From Ostreococcus lucimarinus (lineage: Eukaryota): a DNA stretch of 64,000 bases. The position numbers and the translations under genes are program-made. The number at the start of each line of letters is the position of its first letter. Position 1 is the stretch's first letter. This document shows positions 60,202-64,000 of the stretch, one piece after another. Below the pieces are notes generated by a model, which saw only the letters and a list, made by a program, of their open reading frames with translations, searched no databases and was not told where the DNA came from. The stretch lies in assembly GCA_000092065.1 (NCBI GenBank), contig CP000597.1, one strand, 5' to 3'.

Positions 60202-61749
60202 ATGGCGTCTCCGACGCCGCACGCGCGCGCGCTCTGCCGCAGCGTAAACGTCCCGATCGCGCTCGACGACCGACGCGGTGCGCGCGCGATCAGACGACGC
60301 GCGACGCGCGCGAATGCGTCGACGAATGGGACGCCCGCGAGCGGGGACGCGCGCGCGAACGTCGACGACGACGACGAGAGACGACCGGGAAGCGTCGGGC
60401 GAGGGAACGACGGTGACGTGATGTTCGTGAACGGCGACGGCGCGACGCGGCGCGCGATCGGGGGCCGACGCGCGATGGAGGGACGCGCGGCGAATGGCGA
60501 CGAGGGGGAGAGGTTAAGAGACGGCGGCGCGCGCGGCGACGACGACGCGAGACGGGATTCGCGCGCGAGAGACGCGTCGTCGTCGTCGCCGGGGATGGCG
60601 AGAGGAAGTGGTGCGCGCGCGAGGTCGTCGAGCGGGGGCGCGAGCGCGATCAGAGGCGCGAACGCGGCGCGAGCGCAAACGGCGGAAATCTTGCTCACGC
60701 GAGGGTTGATTCTGAATAAGCTCGTCGTGACGCGCACGAGCGGGTCGCGATTGGGCGTGGCGACGGATTTGTGGGTGGACACCGATACGTGGGAGGTCGT
60801 GGCGTTAGATATTCGACAAAACGCGTTCGTGGGGACGGTAGACCACGTGCTGCTGGAGTCGCTGAGGCAAGTCGGGGACGTGATTTTGGTACACGACGAG
60901 CGCGCGGTGGAGCGGCGATGGAGCTCGTACGGATACAGCGCGGTGGTGGGGAAGGACGTCGTCACCGAGAGTGGGCAGTTTATCGGTCGAGTGCGGGATT
61001 TCGAATTCGATCCCGAGGACGGCGCCATCGCGAGGTTGATCGTCGACGCGTGGGGCGTGCCCACGGTGCCCGAGGGCGTGGTGTCGACGTACGCCGTGGA
61101 CGTCGTTGAGATTTTAGACTGCGGAACCGAACGCATCATCGTCGCCGAAGACGCCGAAAGTCGAGTCGAACAACTCAGCATGAGCGTTTTACAGCGCTTG
61201 GCGTTGACCGTGCCGCCGTGGGAGGAGGAAGAGATGATGTTCGGAAGCGACGCCTACTACGACGACGTCTACTACGACGACTACGGCCGCGCCGTGCCGT
61301 CGCGATCGCGCCGTCGCGCCGACGTAGACGAGTACGAAGCCTTCTTCCGACGTCGCGGCGGCGCCGCGCGCGGCGTCGAGCAGCGCCAATCGTCCGGAAG
61401 CCCCGTTCGCGAGGGCATCCCGCTGATGCGTCCGACGCAAGCGTACGAACGTCGCGACGTCGACGGCGGCTACGGCGACCGCCCCGGTTTCTCCGATTGG
61501 GTCGTCCGCGACGATCGCCGTCAATCGCGCGAGTACGAAACCGTCGACGCGTACTGGGATCCTCCCGCGAGACGCGAGCGCGCCGCCGCGCGTCGTCCGC
61601 CCGCCGACGCCCGCGACGTCCGCGACGTCCGCGCGTCGCCGCCGCCGCGCGACGCTCGCCCCCCGCCGCGTTCGCGCCGCGCGCCGCCGCCGCGTTCGCG
61701 CCGCGCGCCGCCCTCGGGCGCGTTCGACGCGTCCGAGGACATGCTCTGA
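60202..61749 (+). CDS. PRC-barrel domain protein (two PRC-barrel-like repeats) with low-complexity Arg/Pro/Asp-rich tail
   Basis: AEILLTRGLILNKLVVTRTSGSRLGVATDLWVDTDTWEVVALDI and AVVGKDVVTESGQFIGRVRDFEFDPEDGAIARLIVD resemble PRC-barrel units. ATG at 60202 (MASPTPHARALCRS...). The tool ORF starts within the upstream repeat. Confidence 0.5.
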   Translation: MASPTPHARALCRSVNVPIALDDRRGARAIRRRATRANASTNGTPASGDARANVDDDDERRPGSVGRGNDGDVMFVNGDGATRRAIGGRRAMEGRAANGDEGERLRDGGARGDDDARRDSRARDASSSSPGMARGSGARARSSSGGASAIRGANAARAQTAEILLTRGLILNKLVVTRTSGSRLGVATDLWVDTDTWEVVALDIRQNAFVGTVDHVLLESLRQVGDVILVHDERAVERRWSSYGYSAVVGKDVVTESGQFIGRVRDFEFDPEDGAIARLIVDAWGVPTVPEGVVSTYAVDVVEILDCGTERIIVAEDAESRVEQLSMSVLQRLALTVPPWEEEEMMFGSDAYYDDVYYDDYGRAVPSRSRRRADVDEYEAFFRRRGGAARGVEQRQSSGSPVREGIPLMRPTQAYERRDVDGGYGDRPGFSDWVVRDDRRQSREYETVDAYWDPPARRERAAARRPPADARDVRDVRASPPPRDARPPPRSRRAPPPRSRRAPPSGAFDASEDML

Positions 61750-61826
61750 CGCGCGCGGTTTCGCCGACGCTGTAACTCCAAATGTCCAAATGTTCCGTGT
61801 GCATCGCTCGATCGGTCTCGCGCGCG

Positions 61827-61834
61827 TGACGTCA
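61827..61834. promoter_or_regulatory. CRE/ACGT-type palindrome TGACGTCA about 100 nt upstream of HCF244 ATG
   Basis: gcgcgcgTGACGTCActtatcc in the 185-bp spacer upstream of the HCF244 ATG. A second exact TGACGTCA sits at 59113..59120, about 75 nt upstream of the plastid methyltransferase ATG. Confidence 0.4.
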
Positions 61835-61934
61835 CTTATCCATCCCGTCGACGACGGCGCGCGCGCGCCGCACTCCGTCGCGCGCGCCGCGTCCGACTCG
61901 CCGAAGCGCGCACTCGCGCCGAAGTTCGCGCACG

Positions 61935-63083
61935 ATGCAACCGCTCGCGATGCACCGCGCGACGATGCGCGAGACGTTCGCGCGAACGCGGCGAACGACG
62001 ACGTCGATGGGGACATCGGGAAAAGCGACGGGACGGCGCGCGACGCGCGCGGTGCGCGTGCGCGCGGAGAGCGGCGGTGAATCGGCGCCGACGAGCGAAG
62101 GCGCGGCGACGAGCGGAACGCCGGTGCGCAAGACGTCGATGCTGGTGATCGGCGCGACGGGAACGCTCGGGAGACAGGTGGTGAGACGGGCCCTGGACGA
62201 GGGCTACGACGTGCGGTGCTTGGTGCGACCGAGACAAAATCCGGCGGATTTCTTGCGGGATTGGGGCGCCACGACGGTCAGCGCGGATCTGACGAAACCC
62301 GAAACGCTGCCGCCGGCGTTCGTGGGGGTGCACACGGTGATTGACGCGTCGACGGCGAGACCGGAGGAGGACTCGTACGCGATCGACTGGGAAGCCAAGT
62401 GCGCGACGATTCAAACGGCCGCGGCGATGGGGATCTCGCGATACGTGTTTTACTCCATCGATCAGTGCGATAAGCACCGAGAAGTACCGTTGATGAACAT
62501 GAAGTACGCCGTGGAGGAGTACTTGAAAGTGAGCGGGATGGATTACACGGTGCTGCGATTGTGCGGTTTCATGCAACCGCTCATCGCGGGATACGCCGTG
62601 CCGGTGCTCGAGGAGCAGCCGCTTTGGGGTACGGATGATGACACGCGCACGGCATACTTGGACACGCAAGATGTGGCGAAGATGACTCTCGCCGCCGTTC
62701 GCAGAGACGAAGCCGCGAACAAGATCATGACGCTCGCCGGCCCGAAGTCGTACAGCGTGCGCGAAGTCATCGCTTTGTGCGAAAAGCTCGGCGGCGCCGA
62801 AGCCAAGGTCAGCAACGTACCGGTTGGTTTGTTGAAGTTCACCCGTGCCTTCACGCGTTTCTTCCAATGGTCTTCGGCGGCGAGCGACCGCCTGGCTTTC
62901 GCGGAAGTGTTGGCGAGCGGCATCAAGTTTGAAGCCGACATGACGGAGACTTACAAGACTTTGGGGATGAGCGAAGACGAGGTGACGACGCTCGAACAAT
63001 ATTTAGAAGAATACTTCTCCAAGATTTTGAAGAAGTTGAAGGAAGTCGGCGGGGAATCGAGACAACGCGACTTCTACCTCTAA
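61935..63083 (+). CDS. HCF244: HCF244 / Ycf39-like atypical short-chain dehydrogenase (NmrA-like), plastid-targeted PSII assembly factor
   Basis: Near-colinear identity to plant HCF244 / cyanobacterial Ycf39 (VIGATGTLGRQVVRRALDEGYDVRCLVRPR...DFLRDWGAT...RLCGFMQ...FTR..TRFF.W..AASDRLAF.EVL...LKKLK). A transit peptide starts at ATG 61935. Confidence 0.85.
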   Translation: MQPLAMHRATMRETFARTRRTTTSMGTSGKATGRRATRAVRVRAESGGESAPTSEGAATSGTPVRKTSMLVIGATGTLGRQVVRRALDEGYDVRCLVRPRQNPADFLRDWGATTVSADLTKPETLPPAFVGVHTVIDASTARPEEDSYAIDWEAKCATIQTAAAMGISRYVFYSIDQCDKHREVPLMNMKYAVEEYLKVSGMDYTVLRLCGFMQPLIAGYAVPVLEEQPLWGTDDDTRTAYLDTQDVAKMTLAAVRRDEAANKIMTLAGPKSYSVREVIALCEKLGGAEAKVSNVPVGLLKFTRAFTRFFQWSSAASDRLAFAEVLASGIKFEADMTETYKTLGMSEDEVTTLEQYLEEYFSKILKKLKEVGGESRQRDFYL

Positions 63084-63204
63084 ATCGCCCGCTCGCGAAC
63101 TGTAATAGTGCCACAGATTTCTGATTTCTTTCCTCTTTCACGAAATTTCTAATGTCATCGCGTGTTCGATTCGATCGCGCGTCGTTTTCGTGCGCGTTAA
63201 CGTC

Positions 63205-63606
63205 CTATTGATCATCTGCGGCCGACGCGGGCGCGGGCGTGGCGTTCGTCATGTTGTCCACTCGCGTGCGAAACGCGCCTCGTCCGATCGCAAAGCGCCG
63301 TGGCGTCCAGCGCAAGACGTTGGTATCGCCCGGAGCGTCCAAAATGTCGTCGATTCCGTTCGACGCGTCCTCGATGACGTGTCGAAGTGTGCGATGCAGC
63401 CCATCTTCGACGCTGATTTCGTCCAGAACGGCTCGTTCGGCGTCGGTCAACTTCGTCAGTCGGTCGCGCACTGCCTCGGCATGGTCTGGTTTGGTCAACA
63501 GGGCGTTCTCGCGACGGCGCCGGGCCTCGCCAGCTTCCCACGCCATGGCGAGGTCCACGGGATCGCCGTCATCGACGTAGGCATCGTAAGCGTCGGTTTG
63601 CTCCAT
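63205..63606 (-). CDS. Small acidic hypothetical protein
   Basis: 133-aa ORF with ATG at 63606. Non-repetitive (LTKPDHAEAVRDRLTKLTDAERAVLDEISVEDGLHRTLRHVIED). The antisense ORF 63190..63699 is more biased. Weak call. Confidence 0.3.
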   Translation of the reverse strand: MEQTDAYDAYVDDGDPVDLAMAWEAGEARRRRENALLTKPDHAEAVRDRLTKLTDAERAVLDEISVEDGLHRTLRHVIEDASNGIDDILDAPGDTNVLRWTPRRFAIGRGAFRTRVDNMTNATPAPASAADDQ

Positions 63607-63695
63607 GTCGAGTCGATCGAGGCGTCGAGGTGTGTGGGCGCCGAGGAGGCGAGACGAGAAGGCGACAACGCGCGGCTACGTGTAGTATTCGTTGG

Positions 63696-64000
63696 CTAAG
63701 GTCGCCCGGGCGGGCCTCTAATCATCCTTCTCGCACTGTTCGAACAGCAAATCGTGGTTCTGGCACACGCTTCGCGGACAAAGCGCGAAAACGGAGGACG
63801 CGCCGCGCACGCTTCGCGTGGCGCACATGCGACACGACGATTTCCCGATGGCGATGCACCCGGCGTAGTCCACGTCGATGTGGCCGAATGTGCGGCAGTA
63901 ACGCTCGGTATATTGAAATATCCCTCGCTTGGCATCTTCGAGGTTGGGCAGGCAGTTTTCGTCTTCGACGTTGACCGTCGGCGTGACTCCAAGGGTGGGT
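63696..64000 (-). CDS. Possible 3' end of a Cys-rich protein gene continuing beyond the window (partial)
   Basis: Minus-strand ORF open to the window edge, ending ...CAPREACAARPPFSRFVREACARTTICCSNSARRMIRGPPGRP with a stop at 63696. No Met appears within the window. Low confidence. Confidence 0.2.
   Translation of the reverse strand, partial: PPLESRRRSTSKTKTACPTSKMPSEGYFNIPSVTAAHSATSTWTTPGASPSGNRRVACAPREACAARPPFSRFVREACARTTICCSNSARRMIRGPPGRP

Overview
This window is a very GC-rich (about 65-70% by eye), extremely gene-dense stretch of eukaryotic nuclear DNA, not a prokaryotic locus. The gene content fits a prasinophyte green alga of the Mamiellophyceae (Micromonas/Ostreococcus-like): nucleus-encoded plastid proteins with transit peptides (LHC chlorophyll a/b-binding protein, ferredoxin-NADP reductase, RbcX, HCF244/Ycf39, EXECUTER, a TPM/TLP18.3-like lumen protein, CGLD27/DUF1230, Cpn10) together with core eukaryotic genes (MYST histone acetyltransferase, cyclin, RPA70, RNA polymerase III Rpc34, ATG5, Mediator Med13-like, LCMT1). 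I support about 42 protein-coding genes, roughly one per 1.5 kb, on both strands, with short intergenic spacers that are AT-richer than the genes. I found no rRNA, tRNA, CRISPR array or transposon.

The supplied ORF track uses bacterial start codons (GTG/TTG) and is full of long spurious ORFs in this stop-codon-poor, GC-rich DNA. I re-derived starts from the first in-frame ATG and from homology. I kept a tool ORF only where the protein looks like a real family.

The most useful observation is a set of short 5'-proximal spliceosomal introns that the ORF track cannot see. Six coding introns (LHC, FNR, cyclin, phosphate carrier, ACP, ATG5) share a stereotyped signature. The donor is GTGCG(Y) or GTACGT, the branch site is (R)ACTGACGA 26-39 nt upstream of the acceptor, and the acceptor is (Y)AG. 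Using them restores a missing ATG5 exon 1, an 18-nt start micro-exon of FNR, the mitochondrial presequence of ACP and the N-terminus of the phosphate carrier. The same branch-acceptor module sits just upstream of four start codons and suggests 5'UTR introns.

Other points worth a second look are a 61-bp perfect hairpin palindrome in the Rpc34/LHC divergent promoter, direct or tandem repeats (47-82 bp) in three bidirectional promoters, TGTAA-type poly(A) signals in convergent 3' spacers, CRE-type TGACGTCA palindromes, a bacterial-type aspartase, and an EcfT/CbiQ-type transporter component. I see no prokaryote-style defence or operon system. Coordinates derived by hand from runs of cg repeats may be off by a few nt.
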